From positions 6,091-70,090 of the forward strand of contig MGGJ01000012.1 in NCBI GenBank assembly GCA_001792345.1: a stretch of DNA of 64,000 nt, written 5' to 3'. This document shows, one piece after another, positions 38,331 to 47,713 of this stretch. The notes below the pieces were generated by a model. It made no database searches. It saw nothing but the letters and a program-made list of their open reading frames with translations, and had not been told where the DNA came from. This DNA is from Candidatus Woesebacteria bacterium RIFCSPHIGHO2_01_FULL_39_32. Its GTDB lineage: Bacteria > Patescibacteriota > Microgenomatia > UBA8517. Both the position numbers and the translations under genes were made by a program. How positions within the stretch are numbered: the stretch's first letter is position 1; each line of letters opens with the position of its first letter.

Positions 38331-39491
38331 TTGATGAGCGAAAGTCTGAACAGTTTACTTAAAAGACTCAACTTTAAACTTTTAAATCATATTATTTTGA
38401 TTTCAGTAGCTTCCTTTACTTCTATATCGGGAGTAATATTTTTGCGAGCAAATCAAAACACCATAAATTCACTAAATGAACAAACCCTGCATCGCGAGCA
38501 GGTAATAGTTCGAGCCGGAGCTAAATCAATCGAGATGTTTTTAGAACTACTTAGCTTTCAAATTATAGGTACAGCAACAAGAAAAAGTATAGTGGAAAGA
38601 GACGAAACTGTGGATGAAGTATTAAATGCCTTTATGGATAGATGGGGTAAGACTGCCGTTTCCGGAGTGTTATTAACCGACAAAAACGGTATTGTAACTC
38701 ACCACAGATCTGAAACCAATATAAAAGATTTGGGGAATGATATATCTGATAGGTCGTATTTTAAGTGGGCTCGAGTTACCAACGAACAAATTGTTTTTAT
38801 CAGCGAACCGATTGTATCCAAAGTTGGAATATCCAAGGGGAAGTTTGTTGTAACTCTGACATCACCGATTTATTCTAGCAACGAATTCGATGGTGTTATA
38901 ACCGTAGCAGTTGTATTGTCCGATCTGGCAGAAACTTATCTTGAACCACTTAAATTATCACAAACCTCGATAATTTTTTTACTAGATGGCAAAGGGAGAG
39001 TTATTCACAGCCCCTATGCACAGTTAACTGGTTTAAATATTTATGATTATTTAAATGACCATTCGTATGATGGCAGCAGTGAAGTTATGAGTGGTTTTAA
39101 AAATGCAGAGATAAGCGGGGATGAAGGTAAGATGAATGTTGTTCTAGCTAATGATAATACAGGAGAACTTATGAGATTTCTGATTGCCTATGCGCCAGTA
39201 AGACCGATGCTAGGAAATTATTGGGTGCTGGTATTAGGTACACCGCAGGAAGAGGCTCTTAAATTTTTCTGGCCATTCAAAGGAAATCAGTCTCTTGGTT
39301 TAGTATTTGGTATTACAAGTATTATAAGTATCTCATTGCTAAGTTTACTTACGGTACGGATTGCCAGGCGTGATGCTTATCTGGACGGATTTGTGGACGG
39401 CAGGGAATTAATAGGTAGTAATATCCGCTCCTACAAGATGGTTTCTAAAATTTCAAATACTCGAAAGAAGCACAAATCTGCTTCCGAGTGA
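38331..39491 (+). CDS. Cache-like extracytoplasmic sensor domain flanked by two TM helices, no recognisable output domain
   Basis: N-terminal TM, about 300-aa periplasmic region containing the Cache-type DRSYFKWA motif, second TM, and a ~45-aa basic tail. Confidence 0.45.
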   Translation: MMSESLNSLLKRLNFKLLNHIILISVASFTSISGVIFLRANQNTINSLNEQTLHREQVIVRAGAKSIEMFLELLSFQIIGTATRKSIVERDETVDEVLNAFMDRWGKTAVSGVLLTDKNGIVTHHRSETNIKDLGNDISDRSYFKWARVTNEQIVFISEPIVSKVGISKGKFVVTLTSPIYSSNEFDGVITVAVVLSDLAETYLEPLKLSQTSIIFLLDGKGRVIHSPYAQLTGLNIYDYLNDHSYDGSSEVMSGFKNAEISGDEGKMNVVLANDNTGELMRFLIAYAPVRPMLGNYWVLVLGTPQEEALKFFWPFKGNQSLGLVFGITSIISISLLSLLTVRIARRDAYLDGFVDGRELIGSNIRSYKMVSKISNTRKKHKSASE

Positions 39492-39580
39492 AGCTTTCTC
39501 GAGCACGGAGGATCGAGGCATCTTTTTTAAAGATACTCCTTCGGAGAAGGCTTCTAGCCTAAGTTCATTCATCCCCGAGT

Positions 39581-39958
39581 GTGGAGACTCGTGGAATTCT
39601 GAAACTAGTCTTAAATGAAATGATTGATAATAAAGTGCACTTTGAAGAAAAAGGACAGAACGCTGAGGGGATTATAAGACTTGTTCTGAAGGGCTTGCTT
39701 CCTGTGGTTTTGGTCTTTAGTGGATTAGCATTGCTTTATTTGAATCTGTCAGGGTGGAGTATTATATTGGGTTTACCTATGCTCGTAATCGGTAGTGTAT
39801 TTATTATCTATACATATGATGATATTTTCCAGAAAAGAATCGAACCAATTCGTGGTGCACTCACCAACTGCATAGTATGTGGTAAACCTACCCCAATTAT
39901 TGCGGGAGTCGATAAAGGCAAAACAGTGTGTCATAAGTGTCAGGAATTGGGGCGTTAA
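39581..39958 (+). CDS. Small membrane protein with C-terminal CxxC...CxxC zinc ribbon
   Basis: Two TM segments. NCIVCGKP ... CHKCQELG. Confidence 0.4.
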   Translation: METRGILKLVLNEMIDNKVHFEEKGQNAEGIIRLVLKGLLPVVLVFSGLALLYLNLSGWSIILGLPMLVIGSVFIIYTYDDIFQKRIEPIRGALTNCIVCGKPTPIIAGVDKGKTVCHKCQELGR

Positions 39959-42066
39959 GGCAGTTGCGTGGGAGTGGGACTTTGATCGGCTTCTTGATTA
40001 ACTTCGTTTTCCTCAATGGTTGTTGGGGTAGGCGTGATTACAGCTTCGGGTGGTTCTGATCCTTCCGGTAATTCTACGGGTGGTTCTAAACTTGGACCTT
40101 GTTCGCCTTGGGGAGGAGTCAATTCCTGTCCTTTGGCTGCAGCTTCTTGTTTCTTAGCCTGCAAATCTTCAAGAGCTTTTCTTGCAACCTCATAGTCGGG
40201 AGTATTTGGATCAAGAAGACTCACAGCAAGACTCATTTCGGATAGAGCTCTGTCAAGTTTCCCGGCATCCCTCAGCGCAAAAGATAAATTATAATGGGCA
40301 TTTGCATGATTTTGTTTGGATGCAACTGCTGATTCAAAGACTCTTACTGCACCATCATAATCTCTCAGAGTGTAATGGACACCACCCAAGGCAATTCTCA
40401 TGTTGGGGTTAAAAGGATCGAGTGCAACTGCTTGTCTATACGCTTGAAGGGTAAAATTGTCTGCTCCTTGAGCCAAGGGCATAATAGCTCGGTAAACCTG
40501 CGCCAATACTTCCCAGTTACCTGAACGGAGTGGGTTTAACGCAACTGTAGCTTTAGCCTCATTTATGGCTTGTTGGATTAGAAGTGTTATATTTTGGCGG
40601 TCCTGGTCAGTTATTTGGGTTGGTTGTTGCCCTTCGACTCCCTCCGGTCGCTCTGGGCCTGCGGCTTTCTGAGCTATTGCATTAGCTAGAGCTAAGTTTA
40701 TTCTGGCGAAAGTTGCATGGTAACGATCAACTGCTGGATTACCTCTAATAGCTTCCCGCATAGTATCATAAGTTTTGTTGGCGTTATTTGCTGCCAAATA
40801 GTCGAGTGCTTTTTTGAATTTATATTCCGCTGCTAAAACCCTTGATGCTCGATAACCGAAAAGGAGAGTTATAATAATTATCGGAACCGTAACCAGGAGT
40901 GCCGGGAATCGTGAGGCAACTATTTGAGTTGATACTCCTTGAACCTCGGTTCCTTGTGTTGTTAAGGATAGTGTTGTGTGGCGAGTTTTAGTGTTCAGCG
41001 CCAAAAGTACAAACAGAAGTACGATCAAAAGAATTGTGGCCGGTGCTAATAGTAATATGACTGCCAAAGTCAAGAGTGATACAAGGGAAGAACTGGCAGC
41101 AAAACCCCAATTAACCAATCTTTTTTCCTTGAAATCTTTTTTGGCCGTGCGATATAAAGTTAGAAAAAGAAGTACGATTCCAGCAAGGGCTAACATACCG
41201 GCTTCTGTTAGGGAAGTTAAATAGAAGCTTCTTGCAGTAGCGAATTTGACTGCCCAAAGATCGGTAAGGTTATAAGAAAGTGGTCGAAAACGGTTGAAAG
41301 CTGTAATATAATTTCCCGGTCCTACCCCAAAGATAGGGGATTCCTTAAGAGCATCAACTGCTATAAACCACGAAACTCCATAACTTGGAAATCTAGGGGA
41401 GCTGGTTCTACCCGGCAGAAGATTAAAAATTGATACTCCAAGTGCAAAAACTATAATTGCAATAGAGACCCCAAAAAAGATTTTTCTTGAGGAAATTTTT
41501 TCCGACAGTAGATGGCCGATAGCTATTGGAAGGACTACTCCAAGAAAAATTGCAGAAGGTAAATATCCTCCTTCCGGAGTAAAACCTGTTATTTTTAAAT
41601 AAGCTGGAAGCTGAGGTATTTTTGCGAAAACACCACTAAATGCTAAGAGTGTTAGTACTGAAAAAACTGATGCTGAACCGAAAAGAGTCATCGACAGATT
41701 TGTTTTTTCGTTTTCTTTGAGTTGGTTAATCAAAAAGTAGATAAGTACTCCTCCTACTACTGCTGTAGCAGTACCAGGAAGAAGAAAGGCTTCCATTTTA
41801 TTCGGAGTTCTTACTATTGCAGAAAGAAGAAAGGCGATAGCGATAAGTAGTACCGGGAAATCAAAGTTGCCAACCGAAAAATCAAGTTTCCCTGAAAAGA
41901 TTATTCTTAGCGACCTCGTTAGGAGTAAAAGCGCGACACCAAAAGATAGCACAGCAAGTTTTGAAACAACAAAGGGGTTGGGCGATATTGGAAGAACCGT
42001 AATAGGGAATAGGAATATTACCGCATATAATATGTACTTTTCTATTTGGGTTAGTAGTTTATCCAT
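39955..42066 (-). CDS. O-antigen ligase/polymerase-family membrane protein with C-terminal TPR repeats and Pro/Glu-rich tail
   Basis: About 12 TM. Wzy_C-like block ARSFYLTSLTEAGMLALAGIVLL. The C-terminal half has TPR-like repeats (AHYNLSFALRDAGKLDRAL etc.). Confidence 0.6.
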   Translation of the reverse strand: MDKLLTQIEKYILYAVIFLFPITVLPISPNPFVVSKLAVLSFGVALLLLTRSLRIIFSGKLDFSVGNFDFPVLLIAIAFLLSAIVRTPNKMEAFLLPGTATAVVGGVLIYFLINQLKENEKTNLSMTLFGSASVFSVLTLLAFSGVFAKIPQLPAYLKITGFTPEGGYLPSAIFLGVVLPIAIGHLLSEKISSRKIFFGVSIAIIVFALGVSIFNLLPGRTSSPRFPSYGVSWFIAVDALKESPIFGVGPGNYITAFNRFRPLSYNLTDLWAVKFATARSFYLTSLTEAGMLALAGIVLLFLTLYRTAKKDFKEKRLVNWGFAASSSLVSLLTLAVILLLAPATILLIVLLFVLLALNTKTRHTTLSLTTQGTEVQGVSTQIVASRFPALLVTVPIIIITLLFGYRASRVLAAEYKFKKALDYLAANNANKTYDTMREAIRGNPAVDRYHATFARINLALANAIAQKAAGPERPEGVEGQQPTQITDQDRQNITLLIQQAINEAKATVALNPLRSGNWEVLAQVYRAIMPLAQGADNFTLQAYRQAVALDPFNPNMRIALGGVHYTLRDYDGAVRVFESAVASKQNHANAHYNLSFALRDAGKLDRALSEMSLAVSLLDPNTPDYEVARKALEDLQAKKQEAAAKGQELTPPQGEQGPSLEPPVELPEGSEPPEAVITPTPTTIEENEVNQEADQSPTPTQLP

Positions 42067-42251
42067 GTTCTTAACTATATTTCTCTTTGGAAATACTTGT
42101 CAAGCCTCAATTTATATATATCAATAGTAAACTTTATATATAAAAGTATATTATTTAACTACTTAAGTTAGTAAAAAGATTACTTTTTACTACAATTATC
42201 AATCTCCAAATAATAATTTCCAAACAATCTACAATTTTCAAGCATCAAACC

Positions 42252-42623
42252 TTAAACGGATTTATTAATGATGGCGGATAAAATATTTCTTAACTCTTCG
42301 GATTCTTTTAATAGATCGTTAGCAATTTTTGTTTTATCGGGATTGGCTTCAATTATAAGTTCAAGCCAATAAATTGTTTCCTTGCTCTCTTTTCTAGCAA
42401 TTCTTAACTTGTGAATAAAATCTTTTTTTCCGAGTGAGTCGTTTGCTTCTCTATAGTTTGCACCAATGCTAGTTGAAGACCTTACTAACTGATTAATTAA
42501 ATTAAAATTAATAGTATTTTTGGGTAAGCCTTTACAAAAACGAATCCCATTTTTTGAAAATTCCAATGTTCTTTCTTCTAAATCATATTTTTTGTTTGAT
42601 GTTTGGGTATTGTTATTTGTCAT
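42252..42623 (-). CDS. Four-helix-bundle protein (23S rRNA intervening-sequence protein family)
   Basis: NQLVRSSTSIGANYREAN ... FIHKLRIARKESKETIYWLELI matches the family signature. Confidence 0.75.
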   Translation of the reverse strand: MTNNNTQTSNKKYDLEERTLEFSKNGIRFCKGLPKNTINFNLINQLVRSSTSIGANYREANDSLGKKDFIHKLRIARKESKETIYWLELIIEANPDKTKIANDLLKESEELRNILSAIINKSV

Positions 42624-42655
42624 TTGTTTGTTTCTTGAAATTTGGAATTTGCTTG

Positions 42656-45600
42656 TTAAGGGCTTCCTTCATTTGGTCCGAAGCGGAGTGCTCCTTCGTT
42701 GTAGACATTTCTTACCTGTTGGGCAGAAAGATCATAGTTGAAAATCTTGACATCGTCTATTTGACCATTGAAGTCATTATTTAAATAGCCACCAGCGCCT
42801 GCGTTCCCAAAGGATAGATCATCATTATTGACCATAGATGCGGTAGTGGGATCGGTTTGGTATCTGACACGTAGACCATCAATGTAAAGAGTGACAACAT
42901 CTTCTAAAACATCTCTTACTCCAACAATCAGATGCCAATTACCGTCGTTAACAGTTGACGTTCCACAAAGAGTCCGGGCAGCACCATCGTTCATGAGTAT
43001 ACAGGGTTGTTCGGAGGTATTTACCTCGAGATTAAAAGGATAGACCCCGATACCAGCAGCTTTGGCCACAATTGTACCGGAGTTAGTAGTATAGTTGGTC
43101 GTGGTTTTGAACCAGGCACTGACCGAATAGCTATGAGTTGTTTCTCCCAAATCGATTCCCGATCCTTCGGTAATTCTGACATTGTCGTCGGTTCCGTCAA
43201 AAGTAAGCCCAGTGTTACGTTTTCCGGTAGTCCAAGTGGTATTGCCGTTAAATGTTTGTGAATGGTAAGCGTTTCCACTTGAATCATTAGTGGTTGAGCC
43301 GGTATTTTCATCCATTTTCCACCATCCTTGTGGAGCACCGCGATTATATTCCCAAGAGATCTGAGGTTGAGTGCGGGCGTAGTTATAAATTCGAACATCA
43401 TCCAATTTGCCGCCTAAGTAATTGGTTGGTGTTGGATGTCTGGCCAGGTCGATTGAGTTGAGAGTATCGATATCGATAGTGCCTGATATAGTCAGAGTAT
43501 CTGTCTGTAATACGCCATCCACGTACATTTTGAGGATGCTGCCGTCATAAGTTCCCGCGACATGATGCCAACCGGAGGTAGCTGCAGTATTAGACGCAAT
43601 TACCCGAACCGTTGACTCTGTCCCATCTAGCCTGATTTGGAACACATATTTGTTATCAGAATTTCGCTTTCTTAATAAGGTAGTGCCCGCGTTTGAAGAA
43701 TTCATCCGATTGTAAAATTCGTGAGAGACACCATCCCCTGGATTATTCAGATCAACCCAAGCTTCAATGGTTATATATTGAGTGTTAAGAGAAGACGGTG
43801 TGCCTAGGGATATATAGTCGTCAGATCCATCAAAATCTAACGCACTTCCAAACTTACCGGGTACCCAATCACTATTGGTCATACTGCCATTCATTGTTCC
43901 GATGTTACTGTTACCCGAAGAATCATTAACATCGGTTGTGCCGGTATTTTCGTCAAATTTATAATGAGCGATAGGTGCAGTGCAAGCTGAACTTTGTCCG
44001 GGAGTACAATACTCGTTTGATGATGACCAGGTTGCATTACTGCTTGAGTCTGTTGATGTTGCTCCCCAAACAGCACTTGAGCTTTGGTTATATAGAACTC
44101 TTACTTGATCGGAAGTTAATGCTGAGCGGAATATTTGAACCTCGTCAATATCACCAATAAATTCATCCGTTCCTCCGGCTGATGCATCTTGTGCACCAAC
44201 AACTATAACGTCTGAATTTGATAAGTCTCCGGTAGCTGCTAAATTGGCATCGAAGCCAACTAATTGGCCATCGATGAATAACTCGATTTTTGAAGTACCT
44301 GTTTTGACGGCAACAGCGTGATGCCAGGTATTGTCATAGTAGTCCGTTGTGTTGCCGGCTGTATCTGCGGGTGTCCAAGTGCCGTCTGAATCAATTCCGA
44401 AAGTAATATAACCATTGGTTTGGGTTGCATATATGGCATAGCCGGTTCCGGTTTCTTTATCGATAAGGTACTCATTACCGGCTGAGGGATTAGTTGTACT
44501 GTCTGATTTAAACCAAAGACTTATTGAAAAATCCTGAGAAGCCGTAAAGTCAAAATCGGAATCATCCGCTCTTGACAACCATACATTTCCATTACCGTCC
44601 CAAGCTTTCCCATACTTACCTGAGTTGGTCCACCTTTGAGTAAGTTGGGTTAAACTATTTGTATTTCCGGATGAATCGTTGACGGTTGTACCATATCCTT
44701 CGTCAAATTTCCAATGGGCTACGGCACTGCCAACGGGGGACCCAGGAGCCGGGTGCCCGGCATTCATGTCTTCGATGATTTGGGCAGAGGTGCGAGCGTA
44801 ACGATATACCAGTACGTTGTCCACTTGACCAATAATACCGTTAGAATTATCGCTTATATGGAATGCCGTAGCATTGGAGTGATCGCCCGTATGGGTTTGA
44901 TTTGTTACTTTGTCAAACACCCCGTCGATATAATGGGAAATAGTTGGAGTAGCAGCACTTCCATTATAAACGCATGTGACGAAATGCCAATTGCCATCCG
45001 CGATGGTAGCATTACTGCCGAAGGTATCGGTTCCTGCAGCACTATCAGAAAGATCGCAACCTAACTTCCCTGTTGAAGTGAAACGCATCCGGTATCCGGG
45101 TGTGGTCCCTGCTAAATCTTTCCAAATAATAAGTTGGCTTGTAGCTGCATTGTCTGATTTTACCCAAGCTTCTAAAGTAAAATCGTCAGTACCGGCAAAA
45201 TCTAAAGACCCGTCTCCCGGATCGGGAACATTGACATAACTTGTCGCAATTGTAGAAAGTCCGCTGCCGATTTTCCCTGGTGCCCAGACAGGCCCGCCCG
45301 TGAGAGTACCGGTATTATCTTTTTCTCCGGAATCATTAGCGGCAGTTCCTGTGTTTTCGTCCAGCTTCCAATAACTAACAGGTCCCTGAGCCCAGTTATA
45401 GAGTCTCTCGACTTCCACGGGTTGCAAGACGCGGTTGTAGACTCTGACTTCATCCATCGTCCCATCAAAGTAGTTGCTTCCCTGCCTTCCAATATAGATT
45501 TGATTTGCAGTAATTGCTTGACTTGAAGAAACCGTAACGAGTTGCCAGGTATCCTGGGCGATTGTGCTTGATTCAACTCCGTTTACGTAAATCTTAGGAT

Positions 45601-46741
45601 TTGTGAAACCGGTTGCGGAGAGTATACCTGATGAAGAAGTCACATGTGCACCGCTATGTAAGCTAAGGTAATAGTTTGTAGTGCTATCGGGGTTTACCCA
45701 GAAAGAAACGGATTTGGCGCCCTGAATAGTGGTTGCGGTTGAAAAGTATTGGGTTGATGCAGGAACGTGCTCAGAGCCTCTGCCAAATTTTGCCCCCACA
45801 AAAGTAGTTGTACCGTTATTAGTTAAAGTGATTCCATTTCCGGACGAATCGGTTGCATTGCCGCTAGTTTCATCTAATTTCCAATAACCAACAAGGCCAT
45901 CAGAGAGGTAGGATTGATCAGGTCCGAATGAGGCGGAGGTTCCCCTAGAGGGAGTTTCACCGACATAGTCTGCTTTGATTTCTGTTGCTGTTCTTGCGGT
46001 TCTTAATACTTTAACTTCATCAATAAATCCACTCCATCCGTCGCTCGCAGCGTTATATATACCTATGTAGAAATTATCATCATTTGAGGCATCTGTTCCT
46101 GCCAAAGATGCATCAGTTCCTACCGATATAGCATTTATATATAGTGTAATTGAGGAAGTACCATTTTTAACTGCAGCAAGATGATGCCACTTGTTATCAT
46201 CGTAGGCAGAAGCACTTGTAACTGAATCGGACGGGAATGAAGTATTATTATTATCAATTCCAAATACAATTTGACCCGATGAGTTCATTGTTATTTTGTA
46301 GCCACCATCAGCACCTGTTGCCTCCTCTTTTGAGATCAAAGTTCTGGTACCGCTTGTAATATCAGGAGTTCTGAACCACAGTTCGACAGTTACGGTGTCA
46401 CTTGCTGCCATATCGAGGCTTGCACTATCGGAGTAGGAAACATAATCTCCTGTTCCGTCAAAATAAAGACATTTGCCAAATTTACAAAGATCTTCTGTTT
46501 TCCAAACGGCATTGGTTATTGTTCCTGCGGTTACGGTTGAGTTGGTATCGCTGGCTGAGGCTCCATAGCCTTCGTCAAAGCCAATATAAATATCTGCAGC
46601 TTGAACTTCCTTGACAGGGAAGAAGAAAAGCCTGAGGGAAGTTAATAGGACCAATATGACTAATAAGACGGATAATGCCTTGCGGCGGCGGGTGGCGGTA
46701 AGCCAGCGTATAAGTCTTATATGTCGTATGCGACTTATCAT
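42656..46741 (-). CDS. Giant (1361 aa) secreted/surface protein of tandem LamG/concanavalin-A-like lectin domains
   Basis: N-terminal signal-anchor. At least six repeats ending in a LamG-type block (DEVKVLRTA, DEVRVYNRVL, DNVLVYRYA, DEVQIFRSAL, DDVRIYNYA, DDVKIFNY), each preceded by a Gly/Thr/Ser/Asn-rich jelly-roll-like region. Confidence 0.7.
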   Translation of the reverse strand: MISRIRHIRLIRWLTATRRRKALSVLLVILVLLTSLRLFFFPVKEVQAADIYIGFDEGYGASASDTNSTVTAGTITNAVWKTEDLCKFGKCLYFDGTGDYVSYSDSASLDMAASDTVTVELWFRTPDITSGTRTLISKEEATGADGGYKITMNSSGQIVFGIDNNNTSFPSDSVTSASAYDDNKWHHLAAVKNGTSSITLYINAISVGTDASLAGTDASNDDNFYIGIYNAASDGWSGFIDEVKVLRTARTATEIKADYVGETPSRGTSASFGPDQSYLSDGLVGYWKLDETSGNATDSSGNGITLTNNGTTTFVGAKFGRGSEHVPASTQYFSTATTIQGAKSVSFWVNPDSTTNYYLSLHSGAHVTSSSGILSATGFTNPKIYVNGVESSTIAQDTWQLVTVSSSQAITANQIYIGRQGSNYFDGTMDEVRVYNRVLQPVEVERLYNWAQGPVSYWKLDENTGTAANDSGEKDNTGTLTGGPVWAPGKIGSGLSTIATSYVNVPDPGDGSLDFAGTDDFTLEAWVKSDNAATSQLIIWKDLAGTTPGYRMRFTSTGKLGCDLSDSAAGTDTFGSNATIADGNWHFVTCVYNGSAATPTISHYIDGVFDKVTNQTHTGDHSNATAFHISDNSNGIIGQVDNVLVYRYARTSAQIIEDMNAGHPAPGSPVGSAVAHWKFDEGYGTTVNDSSGNTNSLTQLTQRWTNSGKYGKAWDGNGNVWLSRADDSDFDFTASQDFSISLWFKSDSTTNPSAGNEYLIDKETGTGYAIYATQTNGYITFGIDSDGTWTPADTAGNTTDYYDNTWHHAVAVKTGTSKIELFIDGQLVGFDANLAATGDLSNSDVIVVGAQDASAGGTDEFIGDIDEVQIFRSALTSDQVRVLYNQSSSAVWGATSTDSSSNATWSSSNEYCTPGQSSACTAPIAHYKFDENTGTTDVNDSSGNSNIGTMNGSMTNSDWVPGKFGSALDFDGSDDYISLGTPSSLNTQYITIEAWVDLNNPGDGVSHEFYNRMNSSNAGTTLLRKRNSDNKYVFQIRLDGTESTVRVIASNTAATSGWHHVAGTYDGSILKMYVDGVLQTDTLTISGTIDIDTLNSIDLARHPTPTNYLGGKLDDVRIYNYARTQPQISWEYNRGAPQGWWKMDENTGSTTNDSSGNAYHSQTFNGNTTWTTGKRNTGLTFDGTDDNVRITEGSGIDLGETTHSYSVSAWFKTTTNYTTNSGTIVAKAAGIGVYPFNLEVNTSEQPCILMNDGAARTLCGTSTVNDGNWHLIVGVRDVLEDVVTLYIDGLRVRYQTDPTTASMVNNDDLSFGNAGAGGYLNNDFNGQIDDVKIFNYDLSAQQVRNVYNEGALRFGPNEGSP

Positions 46742-47304
46742 TTTTTCGCCTCCTTTCGAGAGTTATAGAGTCGCTCGGTGAAGCCACCCTTCTCAAGGAA
46801 ATCCTTTTCGAGTGTACGCAAGAGTTGGTCGAGAAGGAAGTTTTCTTGATGGATGAGACAGATAAGCGTATTGACGGCAGTCTCCGGATCTTCGCTTTCG
46901 ATATAGGTCTTATAAGTCATATACGACTTATGGGACATATAAGCGATCCTTCGGATAGCGATGACTCGTGGGTTATCTTTCCCCCAGATTCGGAGTCCTC
47001 TCTGGCGCAGAAAATCCTCGAAGTCTTCGAGTAGTTCCCCATAGCTCCCTCGAGCACTTCCTACCAATTTGAGTTCGAGTTTCTTTGAGGTGCCCGAGTT
47101 TAGACTACCTTCTGCAATGCATTGTTTTCCGCTTCTGGCAGCGCCATTCATCTGGCTAACAAGTTTCAGATCTTTTATCCACTTTCTGCAAAAGTACTCC
47201 GTACCGTCAGAAATAATGACAGCTGTTTTGTAAGCTTCCAGGTTCTTATACCCTCCGTGAGGAGGAATGAGTTTTGTATTTGTCGTATAAGTCTTATATG
47301 TCAT
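46738..47304 (-). CDS. Four-helix-bundle-like protein (second copy), with internal MTYKTYT repeat peptide
   Basis: SGKQCIAEGSLNSGTSKKLELKLVGSARGSYGELLEDFEDFL resembles the NIAEG...GS..E core of the four-helix-bundle family. Confidence 0.45.
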   Translation of the reverse strand: MTYKTYTTNTKLIPPHGGYKNLEAYKTAVIISDGTEYFCRKWIKDLKLVSQMNGAARSGKQCIAEGSLNSGTSKKLELKLVGSARGSYGELLEDFEDFLRQRGLRIWGKDNPRVIAIRRIAYMSHKSYMTYKTYIESEDPETAVNTLICLIHQENFLLDQLLRTLEKDFLEKGGFTERLYNSRKEAKK

Positions 47305-47340
47305 ATTTGTCTCACAATGCGAAGCAGTGCCAAGCTCCGC

Positions 47341-47706
47341 TTATCTTTTAAGTATTGCACTCATTGTGCTTTGAATAACGTCGTCAACTTTAATTGTCGC
47401 AGCATTCACTGTTGTGAATGTATTTTCTGGACTTCGCAAAAGCTGTAAGCCCAATGTGCCAATTACCACAATTGCGGAAACTAAGAGGAAGACACGGGTC
47501 GTATTTAGAAGGAGACTTTTTCTTCCTTCGAGTTCTCCCGTCATCCAGGCAAGTTTTATTGCGTCCAAAAGGCAGCCTTCTTGTCTTGTGAGTCCTTGCT
47601 TGCCAAGGTTTGGAAAACCATTAGGAAGGTTTTCCCAGTTGGGATTTGAAAAATTAAAGTTGCGAATAAATTTCTTGGTATAAGTCTTATAAGTCATATA
47701 CGACAT
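47341..47706 (-). CDS. Hypothetical single-TM protein beginning MSYMTYKTYT
   Basis: ORF with central TM (VFLLVSAIVVIGTLGL). The start overlaps a repeat copy. Confidence 0.3.
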   Translation of the reverse strand: MSYMTYKTYTKKFIRNFNFSNPNWENLPNGFPNLGKQGLTRQEGCLLDAIKLAWMTGELEGRKSLLLNTTRVFLLVSAIVVIGTLGLQLLRSPENTFTTVNAATIKVDDVIQSTMSAILKR

Positions 47707-47713
47707 ATTTGTT

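Noticed and set aside
42252-42623. Possible 23S rRNA intervening sequence (the four-helix-bundle family is typical of IVS)
   Set aside because: No rRNA-like sequence flanks it. It is flanked by protein-coding genes on both sides.
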